Shown: positions 1-10,542, counted from the stretch's first letter. The stretch: 64,000 nucleotides of DNA from Candidatus Fimivivens sp. (GCA_034933525.1 JAYFNI010000002.1:100433-164432); one strand, 5' to 3'. Notes: generated by a model from the sequence alone, not told the origin. Program-made: numbers and translations.

Positions 1-360
1 TGATACGATTATCTTCCATGACGCAAAACCTCCTGAAAGTCTTTTATACTTTTAAAATTTACAAAAACTGGCATTAAATCGCTGCGTGCGGCCGCGGCCG
101 TCGGCTGCACAACCCGATCTATTGTTTTTTATGTTAACCCTAAAAAGTATATGCGTCAATATATTTGATAATATTTGTAAATAACACCTATAATAAATTA
201 TTTTATATGTACAACATGATTAATTATTTTGAAGGGTATGATTCATAATGCTTTTTATAGGGATTGCATAATGAAGCGGACAACGCTATAATAGAAAATG
301 ACTTCATGTTTATTGGGCTGATTCGATCAGTGTTTACATCACATTAAAGGAGATTAAAGT

Positions 361-1245
361 TTGATGAGTACCGCCGACAATAATCTCGTCGTGTCGCTCA
401 ATCCGCTTGAGCGCATCAACGCGCAATTGCCCGATTTAAGCAAAACGCACCGCAAGGTTGCAGATTATATGCTTGAAAACTACGATAAAGCTATTTTTCT
501 CAGCTCGTTTAAAGTGGCCCAGAAAAGCGGTGTCAGCGAGTCGAGCGTCATCCGTTTTGCCACAACGCTGGGCTATTCGGGGTATGCGCAATTGCAGCAT
601 GAGCTGCAAGAGATGCTAAAGCAGCAGATATCCCTGACGCAGCGCCTGACCGATATTGTTGATACCGCCGAGAGTGAAAATGACATTCTTGACACCGTTG
701 TGCAGAAAAATATTGAGGGCATTCAAAAGCTCCGCCGCACCATCGACACGTCCGCCTTTCGCGACGCCGCCGAGCTTTTGGCAAAATCTGAGCGGGTTTT
801 TCTTATCGGTTCACGCAGCTCTTACGGCATGATTCATTTTCTGGGGCTGAACCTGGGCTGGATTCGCGACGGCGTCTATATCATCAACGGCGAGAGCCAC
901 GAATTTGACCTGCTCTCTTCGCTGACGCCGCACGACGTTGTACTGGCCATCAGCCTGCCGCATTATCTAAAATCCACCATTCAGGCGTTGCGCTATGCCC
1001 ATAAGCGCAAGGCTTGTACCATTTGCATCACCGACACCGCCACGTCGCCGATTGTGCAGTACGCCACGGTGCCGCTTTTGACCAACACCCAGATTCTCTC
1101 TTATTCCGACAACATTGTGCCGGAGGCTTGTCTGATTACCGCACTGCTCAACGCAGTCGGCTCTATGAACCGCATCGACGCGCAGAAAATTCTTGAAAAC
1201 CGCGAGAACTTCTGGCGGGAATGTGATATTTACGGCGAGTTTTGA
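361..1245 (+). CDS. RpiR/MurR family transcriptional regulator (HTH + SIS)
   Basis: N-terminal HTH (LSKTHRKVADY...SSVIRFATTLGYSGY) followed by SIS domain (VFLIGSRSS; ITDTATSPI). Confidence 0.9.
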   Translation: MMSTADNNLVVSLNPLERINAQLPDLSKTHRKVADYMLENYDKAIFLSSFKVAQKSGVSESSVIRFATTLGYSGYAQLQHELQEMLKQQISLTQRLTDIVDTAESENDILDTVVQKNIEGIQKLRRTIDTSAFRDAAELLAKSERVFLIGSRSSYGMIHFLGLNLGWIRDGVYIINGESHEFDLLSSLTPHDVVLAISLPHYLKSTIQALRYAHKRKACTICITDTATSPIVQYATVPLLTNTQILSYSDNIVPEACLITALLNAVGSMNRIDAQKILENRENFWRECDIYGEF

Positions 1246-1411
1246 TGACTTGACGCCATGCGCACCTGGCTGATTTGCGATATCCCTCAGTTTTAGTCTA
1301 TTACGGGCGGCGGCGCAGCGTGTCGATTTAAAGCTAAGCAGCGAAAATCAGCCATTTATACAAAATTGAGACGCTATGCTTGTTATGCCAATATGGCAGC
1401 AAGATATAATA

Positions 1412-1447
1412 AAAAACGCAGGATGAAATTAATCATCCTGCGTTTTT
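1412..1447. terminator. Bidirectional intrinsic terminator
   Basis: Perfect 14-bp stem aaaaacgcaggatg/catcctgcgttttt between convergent genes. Confidence 0.8.
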
Positions 1448-1496
1448 GATATTCATTATAATTTTCCACACATCCGGTTCAGAGCGCCAGACCGTG

Positions 1497-2039
1497 TTAA
1501 AGTGTCACAATGATGGGCTTGTGTAGAACGGCGGGCAAGAACTTTTCAAGTACATCGCTGGTTTTAAGTTTGATGCTGCTGGTGTTCTGGCAGGGGTGAC
1601 AGCCAATGAATTCGCCGTCGAGCACATCCTTGTCAATCAGAAGCTGCACACGGTTTTGGGTGTCGTTCATAAGCCCCATGACGCTCACGCTGCCGGGTGC
1701 TACGCCGAGGAACTGTTCCATAAAATCCTCATTACCAAAGCTTAAACGTGCCACGCCCAACTGTGCGGAAAGATCTTTGGTCTTAAAAGGCTTGTCTCCA
1801 GACATCAGCAGCAGGTAGAACACCGTCTGCTGGCGGTTGCACAAAAACAGGTTTTTACAGATAAGAACATCGAGTGCGGCATCAATGACGTTGCACACTG
1901 CCATTGTGGTGGCGGGCTCGTGGTCGGTGCGCTGATACATTATGCCAAGCCTGTCCAACAGGTCGTAGGTGTCGAGCTCGCGCTTAAGCCGCCCTTCGCT
2001 ATTTTCTGGGCGACCAGAGTAAATTTGCATGATAATCAT
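1497..2039 (-). CDS. Prolyl-tRNA synthetase-associated editing protein (YbaK/ProX/PrdX family)
   Basis: KNLFL, GSVSVMGL and HP..NT motifs typical of ProX/PrdX deacylases. Confidence 0.85.
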   Translation of the reverse strand: MIIMQIYSGRPENSEGRLKRELDTYDLLDRLGIMYQRTDHEPATTMAVCNVIDAALDVLICKNLFLCNRQQTVFYLLLMSGDKPFKTKDLSAQLGVARLSFGNEDFMEQFLGVAPGSVSVMGLMNDTQNRVQLLIDKDVLDGEFIGCHPCQNTSSIKLKTSDVLEKFLPAVLHKPIIVTL

Positions 2040-2350
2040 TCCTTAGCGTCATGTTGACAGTTATCTTTAATATTGTACCATGTTTTTTGGGGGAGAGCAA
2101 ATGGCCTGTTGTGAGGTGTGTTCCTTGTTACCTTTCGTTTTGACGGGCAGATACTTGCACAATGATTGACGAAAATCGGCAGAAAAAATCCATTGGAGGC
2201 AACCGCGCAGCAATGGCGACATATAAAAATATAATGTAAAATTGTGTTGAAAAAACAATTATTTGCCTTTTAAACCGCAGGCGGGTTTGCTAATATAGAG
2301 TCAGAGGTCGCGGTAAACATCGATTTTATTCGGGGAAAGGGGCGTGCGCG

Positions 2351-4336
2351 GTGAGATTTAGAAAATTTATACTATTCACGTTGCTATGCTGGAGCATACT
2401 GTCCCCAAAAATATTGGCACTCGATACTGTGCTGCGCGTCGCAGTGAACCCCAATTTACCACCGTTTCAGATGCGCCAGAGAGATGGGCAGCTGGTCGGG
2501 CTGCACATTGACCTGATGAAAAGCATTGCCCAGCGCAATAACTATCTGGTGGAATACATCATCTGCGAAACAAATTCGGACTGCGAGCAGGCACTAAAAA
2601 ATGGGGAAGCCGATTTGATTTTAGGCGTGGTTCTGCCAGCTTCTTCAAGACAGGGGGATTCGCTCACGGCTGAAATATCGCGTTCTTCGCTGTGCATGAT
2701 CGCCCCACAATATAAAGCCAAGGGGCTGATGCCGGACAATGCCCTGGATGGCCATCGGGCGGTGTTTGAGAAAGGAACCATCGGATATTCGTTCATGTCA
2801 AGCCTTGGCAACCTTTCTTATCACGTGGTGGCTGACCAGATGCGGGTTTTTGAAGAGCTTTATCTGGGGGAATCTGACGTGGCAGTCGCGGTTAAAAGCA
2901 GCGCGGTATTTTTACTAAACGAAGCTGGAAAATCAGACGACTTTACAATTCTGCGCAACTATATGGTGCCGATTTCCTACACCATAAAGGTGGCACCGGG
3001 CAATAAGCAGCTGCGTGAGGAACTTGATGGCGGCATCGAATATCTTCGGGTGAACGGTGACTATAATCGCCTGTTTGATAAGTGGACCTTTGCGGAAAAG
3101 ACGAAGCCCTCAGCGCTTGATTATCTGCGTCAGTACTGGTATATCACCATTGGGCTGCCGCTTGTTCTGGGCTTTATCGGCTGGAACAATATACAAATGA
3201 ATAAAAAACTCAAATTGCAGGTGGCGGAAAAAACCTCCGAGCTGCAACAGACGAACGCAATGCTTGAACTGCGCCTGTTACAGATACAAAATGATGCCGA
3301 GGTGCAGCGCCGCATCATAGAAACCAGCCCGAACGCCATGCTGATTATCGACCCCGGCGGCATGATATTGATGCTGAATAAAAGCGCCTGCCAAATCATG
3401 GGCGTCACGCAGAACATGGTGGGTGAATCTATCAAAAAAATTGCGTTGTGTGAATTTTTGCTGCGTGAAAAATTTGAGCAAGTGATGAGTGGCGGGGGGT
3501 ACCCGAACGAAGTTAAAAAATATATCGGGAACGGGCACAGCTATCAATTTAGCATTTTCCCGCTTTATGAGCTTAACAGTATCAGCGGGGCGCTGCTCGA
3601 GGTCAGGGACATCACACGGGATATCAATGACGCGCAGCAATTATTAGAGCGTGAAAAAAGCCGCGTACTTAATCAGCTTGTGGCGGGTATTGCGCACGAG
3701 ATTAAGAACCCGTTGACCTCCATCAAAAATTTTGCAGTGCTTTTAAAGCGCAAAAAGGATAACCCCCAGTTCCAAGAGTCTTTTTCCACCATTGTGCCGC
3801 AGGAGGTGGAACGCATTAACCAGCTTGTCGAAAGTCTGATCGACTACGCCAGGCCGCACACAGCACAAAAAAGCGAAGTGCTGCTTGAAGAAATGGTACG
3901 CCCCTGCGTCTTTTTGGTCAAAGGAATGCGCTTTGCATCCTCAGTGGATTTTTGCGTGGAAATTCAGCCGGGACTGACGTTATTGGCTAACCCCAATCAA
4001 CTTAAACAGATCATCTTAAACCTGCTGCTAAACGCGGTGGAATCGCTTGAGCAGAAAAGCAAGCAATGCCCCGAGTTTATATCGAAGCTCAATATTCACG
4101 CGCTGTCAATGGGTGACGGTGCGGTGGTTCTGACGGTGGCGGATAACGGCATGGGTATGCCGCAGGACATTATTGACAAGGCTACCGAGCCATTTTTCAC
4201 AACAAAATCCACCGGAACCGGCATGGGGCTGGCGGTCACCCGCCAGTTCGTTGAAGAAAACAACGGTAAACTGGTTATTGATAGTGTTGAAATGCAGTTT
4301 ACCAGTGTAACAATCTATTTCGGGAGGTCGCTATGA
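2351..4336 (+). CDS. Sensor histidine kinase with extracellular amino-acid-binding (PBPb) domain, PAS, HisKA and HATPase
   Basis: Signal peptide, SBP3-like domain, TM helix, PAS, H-box AHEIKNPL, N-box NLLLNA, G boxes DNGMG and GTGMGL. Confidence 0.92.
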   Translation: MRFRKFILFTLLCWSILSPKILALDTVLRVAVNPNLPPFQMRQRDGQLVGLHIDLMKSIAQRNNYLVEYIICETNSDCEQALKNGEADLILGVVLPASSRQGDSLTAEISRSSLCMIAPQYKAKGLMPDNALDGHRAVFEKGTIGYSFMSSLGNLSYHVVADQMRVFEELYLGESDVAVAVKSSAVFLLNEAGKSDDFTILRNYMVPISYTIKVAPGNKQLREELDGGIEYLRVNGDYNRLFDKWTFAEKTKPSALDYLRQYWYITIGLPLVLGFIGWNNIQMNKKLKLQVAEKTSELQQTNAMLELRLLQIQNDAEVQRRIIETSPNAMLIIDPGGMILMLNKSACQIMGVTQNMVGESIKKIALCEFLLREKFEQVMSGGGYPNEVKKYIGNGHSYQFSIFPLYELNSISGALLEVRDITRDINDAQQLLEREKSRVLNQLVAGIAHEIKNPLTSIKNFAVLLKRKKDNPQFQESFSTIVPQEVERINQLVESLIDYARPHTAQKSEVLLEEMVRPCVFLVKGMRFASSVDFCVEIQPGLTLLANPNQLKQIILNLLLNAVESLEQKSKQCPEFISKLNIHALSMGDGAVVLTVADNGMGMPQDIIDKATEPFFTTKSTGTGMGLAVTRQFVEENNGKLVIDSVEMQFTSVTIYFGRSL

Positions 4337-5691
4337 AGCATCAAATTCTCGTCATAGACGATGAGCCAAACATTTGCCTGACCCTCAAAATGGCGTTGGA
4401 GGACGATTACGAGGTGTTTACCGCAAACACCGCCGAGCAGGGTTTAGAAATCGTGCAGTCAGAGGCCATTGCGCTTTGTCTGCTAGATCTGCGCATTGGC
4501 ACCGCCGACGGAATTGAGGTTTTAAAGCATATTAAAAGTCTCAATTCGCATATTGCCGTTGTCATGATAACGGCTTACGGCAGCATAAAGTCCTCGGTAA
4601 CAGCCATGAAAAGTGGCGCTTACGGCTATCTGACCAAACCGCTCGACCTTGACGAGCTGGGGCTGATCATGAATCAGGCGCTGGAGTTCAAGCAGCTAAA
4701 CGAAAAGGTTGAATATATGAGCGGCGCGCTTGAAACCCGCTTTGGCATGGGCGAAATCATTGGCAAAAGCGAGCCGATGCAAAAGCTCTATAAGCTGATC
4801 GACCGCATCAAGGACATTGATTCCAGCGTGATTATCACCGGCGAGAGCGGCACCGGAAAAGAGCTGGTGGCGCGGGCGCTTCATTTTAGCGGAAACCGTA
4901 AAAATGAACGCTTTGTAGAGGTAAACTGTGCCGCCATCCCCGAGGGGCTTTTGGAGGAGGAATTGTTCGGGCACAAGCGCGGCGCGTTCACCGGCGCAAT
5001 TTCGGACACCAAAGGCAAATTCGAATTTGCCGGAAAGGGAACCGTGTTTTTAGACGAAATTGGCGATATGCCGCTGAGCCTTCAAGCCAAGCTGCTTCGG
5101 GTATTACAGCAAAAAGAGGTTACGCCAATCGGTGAAACCCGCAAGGTTCCAGTCAGGGCGCGGGTCATTGCTGCCACTAACCGCGATATTAAGGCGCTGG
5201 TGGATGAGGGAAAGTTCCGGCAGGATCTTTATTTCCGATTAAACGTCATCGAGCTGCACATTCCGCCGCTGCGCGAGCGCAGGGGGGACATTCTAGATCT
5301 CGCGGCGCATTTTTTGAACAAAAACTGTACCCAGCTTAATAAACCCCCGATGCGCATCGAAAAAGGAGCGCAGCGCAGTCTTATGGAATATACTTACCCC
5401 GGCAACGTTCGGGAACTGGCTAATATGATTGAATATGCCGCCATTTTTGCAAACGGCGGTGAAATAACGGCGGAGGATTTACCTAAAAGAGCTGCTGGCG
5501 AAGCGCAAACCGCAATGCCTGAATTCGAAAGTATGACACTTAAAGAGATTGAACAAAAGGTGATTGCCATACGATTAAAAGCAAACGGCGGCAATATACG
5601 GATAACGGCCGAACAGCTTGGCGTCAGCGATAAGGGTCTGCGCAACAAGCTTGAACAGTCGCATATCAACTATAAGGAGCTTCAATCGTGA
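4333..5691 (+). CDS. Sigma54-dependent response regulator (NtrC/AtoC family)
   Basis: REC domain (IDDE, LLD), Walker A GESGTGKE, GAFTGA loop, C-terminal HTH; ATGA overlap with the kinase. Confidence 0.95.
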   Translation: MKHQILVIDDEPNICLTLKMALEDDYEVFTANTAEQGLEIVQSEAIALCLLDLRIGTADGIEVLKHIKSLNSHIAVVMITAYGSIKSSVTAMKSGAYGYLTKPLDLDELGLIMNQALEFKQLNEKVEYMSGALETRFGMGEIIGKSEPMQKLYKLIDRIKDIDSSVIITGESGTGKELVARALHFSGNRKNERFVEVNCAAIPEGLLEEELFGHKRGAFTGAISDTKGKFEFAGKGTVFLDEIGDMPLSLQAKLLRVLQQKEVTPIGETRKVPVRARVIAATNRDIKALVDEGKFRQDLYFRLNVIELHIPPLRERRGDILDLAAHFLNKNCTQLNKPPMRIEKGAQRSLMEYTYPGNVRELANMIEYAAIFANGGEITAEDLPKRAAGEAQTAMPEFESMTLKEIEQKVIAIRLKANGGNIRITAEQLGVSDKGLRNKLEQSHINYKELQS

Positions 5692-7232
5692 GGCGGTATC
5701 GTGCGCTGTGCTGTCTGCTGGTGATTGCAATTATGCTTGTTACGGGCTGCGGCGGCACAGACGCTGAACAGTTTGACATAACGCTCCCGCAGAAAAGTAC
5801 GGGGCAACCCCGCGACGAGATTGTGATTGCGACCAATCAGGATGTCACCTCCACCGACCCGCAGGCCGCCGACGAAATTGCCGCTGCCCGCGTATTTTAT
5901 CTGATTTATGACCGGCTGTTTAGCATCGACCCTTATACCGGCGAAATTTCGCCCTCGCTGGTTAAGTCTTATCTTCAAACGACCGATACGGTGTGGATTT
6001 TTTCCCTTCGGGACGATGTTTATTTCCACGATGGCAGCCGACTGACAGCGCAGGACGTCAAGTTTAGTCTGGAGCGGGCAAAGCATTCCGAGCGGGTTAA
6101 GGCGCAGCTTTCAACCTTGAAGGAGGTGCAGGCGCTTGACGACTTCACCGTCAAGGTGGTGTTAAATGAGCCTTATCAGCCCTTTTTAGCCAAGCTGTGC
6201 CTGACGGGTTGCAGCATTGTGAGCAAAGCAGCGGTTGAAAAAGACGGTGGGCGGTTCGAACCGATTGGCACAGGACCTTACCGGCTGACCGAATGGCGCG
6301 TCGGCGACCGCATTCTGCTTGAGCGGTTCGAGCACTACTTTGGCGGTACGTCGCCAACCCCGCGGCTGGTTATGCGCGCCATTCCCGACAATCAGGCGCG
6401 GTTGCACGCTCTCGAAACCGGCGAGATACAGGTGGCAGAGTGGCTGGATTCCGCCGACTTTGAAAAGATTATAGAAAACCCTGACCTGAAGCTTTTGCAG
6501 GTGCCGTCGGTGACGGTTGCCCACATTGCCCTTAACGTGACCAAGCCGCCGCTCAACAATGTGCTGGTCAGGCGGGCAATTGCACACGCCATAGACAAAG
6601 AAACGCTGGTCAGAGAGACGTTGCTTGGCAACGGGCGGGCGGCGACCACCGTTTTGGGGCCGGGCATCAGTGGCTACTATGACAAAATGGAAGGATTCCC
6701 CTATGACCCGCAGCAAGCTAAAAAGCTGCTGGCACAGGTCGGTTATCCCAACGGTTTTACGCTTGAACTGCTTACAGTACAGCCCGCGTTTGATTTTTGT
6801 CTGCCGCTGTTACAGCAAAATCTTGCCGATGTCGGCATTACGCTTAAAGTGGTGCCGCTCGATTCCACAACGTTTTTCAAAAAGATTAACGCGGGCGAGC
6901 AAATGGCGCATATCGGCACCTGGAACAACGTGATTCTGGACCCTGACAGAAGTGTGGACCCGTTTTATTCCCCAAACTTTGGCGCAGCCAGCAACCGGAT
7001 GCGCTATAAAAGCGCAAGGGTGGACGCGCTAATTGAACAAGGGCGCAGCGTTGCAGACGCGCAGACCCGCGCGGGAATTTACAGGGAGCTTCAGGAAATT
7101 GTGGTTTCGGACTGCCCGTGGGTGCCGCTTTATAGTACCAACACCACCGTTTGTGTTGCACGTGGTATCAGCGGATTTTCTCCGCACCCCGCCAACCAAC
7201 ACAATTATACAAAGATTCTAATGCGTGATTAA
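5688..7232 (+). CDS. Family 5 (peptide/nickel) solute-binding lipoprotein
   Basis: Lipobox VTGC; VYFHDGSRLTAQDVKFS and GTGPY motifs; GTGA overlap with the regulator stop. Confidence 0.9.
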   Translation: MRRYRALCCLLVIAIMLVTGCGGTDAEQFDITLPQKSTGQPRDEIVIATNQDVTSTDPQAADEIAAARVFYLIYDRLFSIDPYTGEISPSLVKSYLQTTDTVWIFSLRDDVYFHDGSRLTAQDVKFSLERAKHSERVKAQLSTLKEVQALDDFTVKVVLNEPYQPFLAKLCLTGCSIVSKAAVEKDGGRFEPIGTGPYRLTEWRVGDRILLERFEHYFGGTSPTPRLVMRAIPDNQARLHALETGEIQVAEWLDSADFEKIIENPDLKLLQVPSVTVAHIALNVTKPPLNNVLVRRAIAHAIDKETLVRETLLGNGRAATTVLGPGISGYYDKMEGFPYDPQQAKKLLAQVGYPNGFTLELLTVQPAFDFCLPLLQQNLADVGITLKVVPLDSTTFFKKINAGEQMAHIGTWNNVILDPDRSVDPFYSPNFGAASNRMRYKSARVDALIEQGRSVADAQTRAGIYRELQEIVVSDCPWVPLYSTNTTVCVARGISGFSPHPANQHNYTKILMRD

Positions 7233-7268
7233 TTGTAAATATTTCAAAGCGGATTGTAAAAATTACAA
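7233..7268. promoter_or_regulatory. Tandem palindromes, candidate enhancer (UAS) for the NtrC-family activator
   Basis: TTGTAA-ata-TTTCAA (7233-7247) and perfect TTGTAA-aaa-TTACAA (7254-7268), 21 bp apart, ~120-150 bp upstream of a sigma54 promoter. Confidence 0.6.
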
Positions 7269-7302
7269 AATACTGAGGATTTTAATCAAACAGAACCATA
7301 AC

Positions 7303-7350
7303 AAAGCGTACACATCCCACTCAAAAAAGGGGATATACGCTTTGTTTTTT
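7303..7350 (+). terminator. Intrinsic terminator after the kinase-regulator-SBP operon
   Basis: Imperfect stem aaagcgta..atccc/gggat..tacgcttt followed by a T-run. Confidence 0.65.
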
Positions 7351-7383
7351 TGTTTTTAAGATATTATTAAAAACTTTGGAGAA

Positions 7384-7400
7384 TTGGCACGAAAATTGCT
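7384..7400 (+). promoter_or_regulatory. Sigma54 (-24/-12) promoter
   Basis: TTGGCACGAAAATTGCT matches TGGCAC-N5-TTGC, with GG (7386-7) and GC (7398-9) at the GG-N10-GC spacing. Confidence 0.85.
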
Positions 7401-7454
7401 TTTTAGTTTTATATGACCATTGCAAGGTTGTTATAGCAAAAATCTTTAACGGAG

Positions 7455-9050
7455 GTGTCCTCATTGTATGATGTTGTAATCAAAGGCGGCACGGTTGTTG
7501 ACGGAACCCGCACGGCCCCCCATGTCGCAGATGTCTGCATATCGGGCGGCAAAATAGCGGCGGTGTGCGATGTGGCAGATCAGCCCGGCAGGCAGGTTAT
7601 TTCGGCGCAGGGCAAAATTGTTTCGCCCGGCTTTATCGACATTCACAGCCACTCTGACATCTGCCCGCTGCTGCCGGCGCCGTTTAAAGCCCAGAGTAAG
7701 CTCTATCAGGGCGTCACCACCGAAATATGCGGCAACTGTGGTATTTCCATTGTGCCGAATCAGGGGCCGCACCAAAAGGAGAACGGCGCTTATTTTGAGC
7801 ATATTCTTGAGCTTAAGGCCGAGAACTTTCAGCACGATATGGCGTCGGTGACCGACTATGCCAAGCGGGTGCGGCAGCAGGGGTGCGCCACCAATTATGG
7901 CATGCTTGTCGGGCACAGCGCACTGCGCGGATGTGTTATGGGCTTTGATGACCGCGACCCTGCGCCCGATGAAATGGAACAAATGAAAGCGCTGCTCGAT
8001 AGCGAACTAGCGCAGGGGGCTTTCGGCATGTCGCTCGGGCTAATCTATCCGCCCAGTGCATTCTGCAAGACCGAAGAACTCGTGGAGCTGGCCAAGGTGG
8101 TAAAAGCGCACGACGGCATCCTTGCGGTACATATCCGCAACGAGAGTGCAAAAGTGTTTGAAGCAGTAGAAGAAATGCTCAATATTGCGGCACTCTCACG
8201 CGTTCATCTGCATATTTCACATCTTAAGCTGATGGGCAGACCGCAGTGGGGGCGTGCTAAAGAGCTGCTCGAGAAAATTGCGAATGCCAGAGCACAGGGG
8301 ATAGACGTTGATTGCGACCAGTACCCGTATCACGCGTCGAGCACCAGTCTGACGGCAATTGTGCCCAACTGGGCGCACGACGGCGGATTTGAGGCGCTGA
8401 ACAAACGCGTTAAAGAAAAATCGTCGCGGCTTTTAAGCAACATCGCTGAAATGATGGCTTTTCGAGGCGGCCCAGCCTGTGTACTGGTGTCTTACACCAA
8501 TGGTTTTGCGCCGGAGTATGACGGAAAGACTATCGAAGAAATTTCGAAAATGCTGGGCGTGCCGCCCGAGGAAGCGGTGGCGCATGTTCTAGACCGCAGC
8601 AACGGCTCAGCAAAGGCCATCTACTTCTCAATGAACGAGCAGGACGTTTTCACCATCCTAAAGGAAATGGATATCTCTATCGGCAGCGACGGATATGCCT
8701 TTGATTACGCGATGGACGGCAACCCCCACCCGAGAAGCTTTGGAACTTTTCCTCGGTTTTTGCGCCTTAATCGCGAGCAGAAGCTGATGCCGCTTGAAGA
8801 CGCCGTCTATAAAATGACCGGGCTTCCCGCAAAGCAGCTTGGACTCACGGACAGAGGCGTATTAAAGCCCGGTTTTGCGGCTGACATTACGATATTCGAT
8901 GAGAATAAAGTCAAGGACACATCCGACTTCTTACATTCTGTGGTTAAGCCGGAGGGAATTGAACACGTTTTAGTCGCCGGTGTTTTGGCGCTGTTTAATG
9001 GCGAACAAACCGAGGCGATTTCCGGTACGGTACTGCTTAAGGCGAAATAA
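7455..9050 (+). CDS. N-acyl-D-amino-acid deacylase (D-aminoacylase, amidohydrolase superfamily)
   Basis: PGFIDIHSHSD, CGNCG, HIRNE, HPRSFGTFPR motifs; true start likely TTG at 7464 after GGAGG. Confidence 0.88.
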   Translation: MSSLYDVVIKGGTVVDGTRTAPHVADVCISGGKIAAVCDVADQPGRQVISAQGKIVSPGFIDIHSHSDICPLLPAPFKAQSKLYQGVTTEICGNCGISIVPNQGPHQKENGAYFEHILELKAENFQHDMASVTDYAKRVRQQGCATNYGMLVGHSALRGCVMGFDDRDPAPDEMEQMKALLDSELAQGAFGMSLGLIYPPSAFCKTEELVELAKVVKAHDGILAVHIRNESAKVFEAVEEMLNIAALSRVHLHISHLKLMGRPQWGRAKELLEKIANARAQGIDVDCDQYPYHASSTSLTAIVPNWAHDGGFEALNKRVKEKSSRLLSNIAEMMAFRGGPACVLVSYTNGFAPEYDGKTIEEISKMLGVPPEEAVAHVLDRSNGSAKAIYFSMNEQDVFTILKEMDISIGSDGYAFDYAMDGNPHPRSFGTFPRFLRLNREQKLMPLEDAVYKMTGLPAKQLGLTDRGVLKPGFAADITIFDENKVKDTSDFLHSVVKPEGIEHVLVAGVLALFNGEQTEAISGTVLLKAK

Positions 9051-9074
9051 TCTTATTTTAAGGAGGATAACACT

Positions 9075-10403
9075 ATGGGTCCCTATGCTTTTATACCAGA
9101 AGAATCCCTCTGGGCGCTGATTCCGATGGCAGTGTACATCGTGGTTTCGTTTATGCCCAAAAGCAGCGGCCTTACATCGGCGTTTGTTGCCTGCGTGGCA
9201 GGTTTTTTCCTCACCGGTCAGACCCCCACATTATTTGGCAAGCTTGTCACCGAGTCGCTTGGTTCAACGCTCGGGCTTATTGGCCTTATTATCATGATGG
9301 GCGCCGGTTTGGGCTCGCTGATGACCGAAGCCGGCATCAGCCACACCATGGTTTACTGGATCATCCAGAAAATTGGCGTTAAGACTGAAAAACGCGCAAT
9401 CATAACGGTTATTCTGACCACCACGCTCGTTTGTGGACTGCTCGGAACCCTTGCCGGTGGCTGCGCCATCATTGCCCCCATTCTTATTCCTGTCGTTGCG
9501 GCTGCCGGCCTCAAGCCCGCCACCGTTGGCGCGGTATTCCAAAGCTCGGGTGAAACCGGTCTCATCTGGGGGCCGTTTACCGGCCCGACGGTTGCGCTAT
9601 TAGCCATCACCGGCCTTTCTTACGGCAGAATGATGCTGTGGGCCGCGCTGCCTTACGGCCTGATCTGGCTGGTCGTCATCTACTTGGTCGCGCTGAGAAT
9701 TCAAAAAGACCCCAAGTATGACGAGGTGTATCAACTGGAGGAGAATGTGGCGGAGATTGTTGTAACGCCCGAACAGAAGCGCACAACAATTGCGTTTATC
9801 GTCACCTTTGTCGCACTGGTTATCTATAGCATGTTCACGAAACCCGGAACAGCTTATACTGTGTTTGTGGTTATCATCCTGATGCTGGTTATCGGCCTAT
9901 TTTCTAAAAAGGGTCTTAGCGACTGCTTTAAACAGGTATCAAAGGGCATGGGCTCTATGGCTGGCATTTTCCTGTTGTTTATCCTGCTCAATGTCATGCT
10001 GACCTACGTCAACTACGGCGGTGGCTTTGAAGCGCTCGGAAAACTGTTCCTGTCAATGATAGGTGAAGGCAGCCGGTCGCTGGTGGTTATTTTTGGCACG
10101 CTGGTTGGGTCGTTTGGCGTCAATGGTGGCGCGGTGGCGCAGCTTCAGGTGACGCACGACCTGTTTTCGGCCGCGTTGGAATCCACCAAGGTTCCGATGG
10201 AGGTCTGGGCACTGGCGCTTATCTGTGGCTCCCGCGTTACCACCTCTATTTATCCCGGTTCAAACATGCTGGCGCCCATGGGCCTTGCAAGAAGCGAAAG
10301 CTTAAAGGCCATGCTGTTCGGCGGTTGGGCGGTTTCAATGGTCTCAATTGTGTTTATCATTATTTGGGCGCTAATTGGTATGCCAATCTTTTTCCCAGTT
10401 TAG
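9075..10403 (+). CDS. Multi-pass secondary transporter (NhaC/GntP-like, IT superfamily)
   Basis: About 11-12 hydrophobic segments; directly downstream of the deacylase with AGGAGG RBS. Confidence 0.7.
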   Translation: MGPYAFIPEESLWALIPMAVYIVVSFMPKSSGLTSAFVACVAGFFLTGQTPTLFGKLVTESLGSTLGLIGLIIMMGAGLGSLMTEAGISHTMVYWIIQKIGVKTEKRAIITVILTTTLVCGLLGTLAGGCAIIAPILIPVVAAAGLKPATVGAVFQSSGETGLIWGPFTGPTVALLAITGLSYGRMMLWAALPYGLIWLVVIYLVALRIQKDPKYDEVYQLEENVAEIVVTPEQKRTTIAFIVTFVALVIYSMFTKPGTAYTVFVVIILMLVIGLFSKKGLSDCFKQVSKGMGSMAGIFLLFILLNVMLTYVNYGGGFEALGKLFLSMIGEGSRSLVVIFGTLVGSFGVNGGAVAQLQVTHDLFSAALESTKVPMEVWALALICGSRVTTSIYPGSNMLAPMGLARSESLKAMLFGGWAVSMVSIVFIIIWALIGMPIFFPV

Positions 10404-10542
10404 ATATTTTCTCCCCCCTTTATTATTTGAGGGCTGCCGGAAAGCCCGGTAGCCCTCAGCTTGCAAAAGTAGGGGATTAGCTTATTTTTAGGGCATTATT
10501 TCCTCATTTTTACTGGCAAACATTACAGTTTTGGATTAAGTT

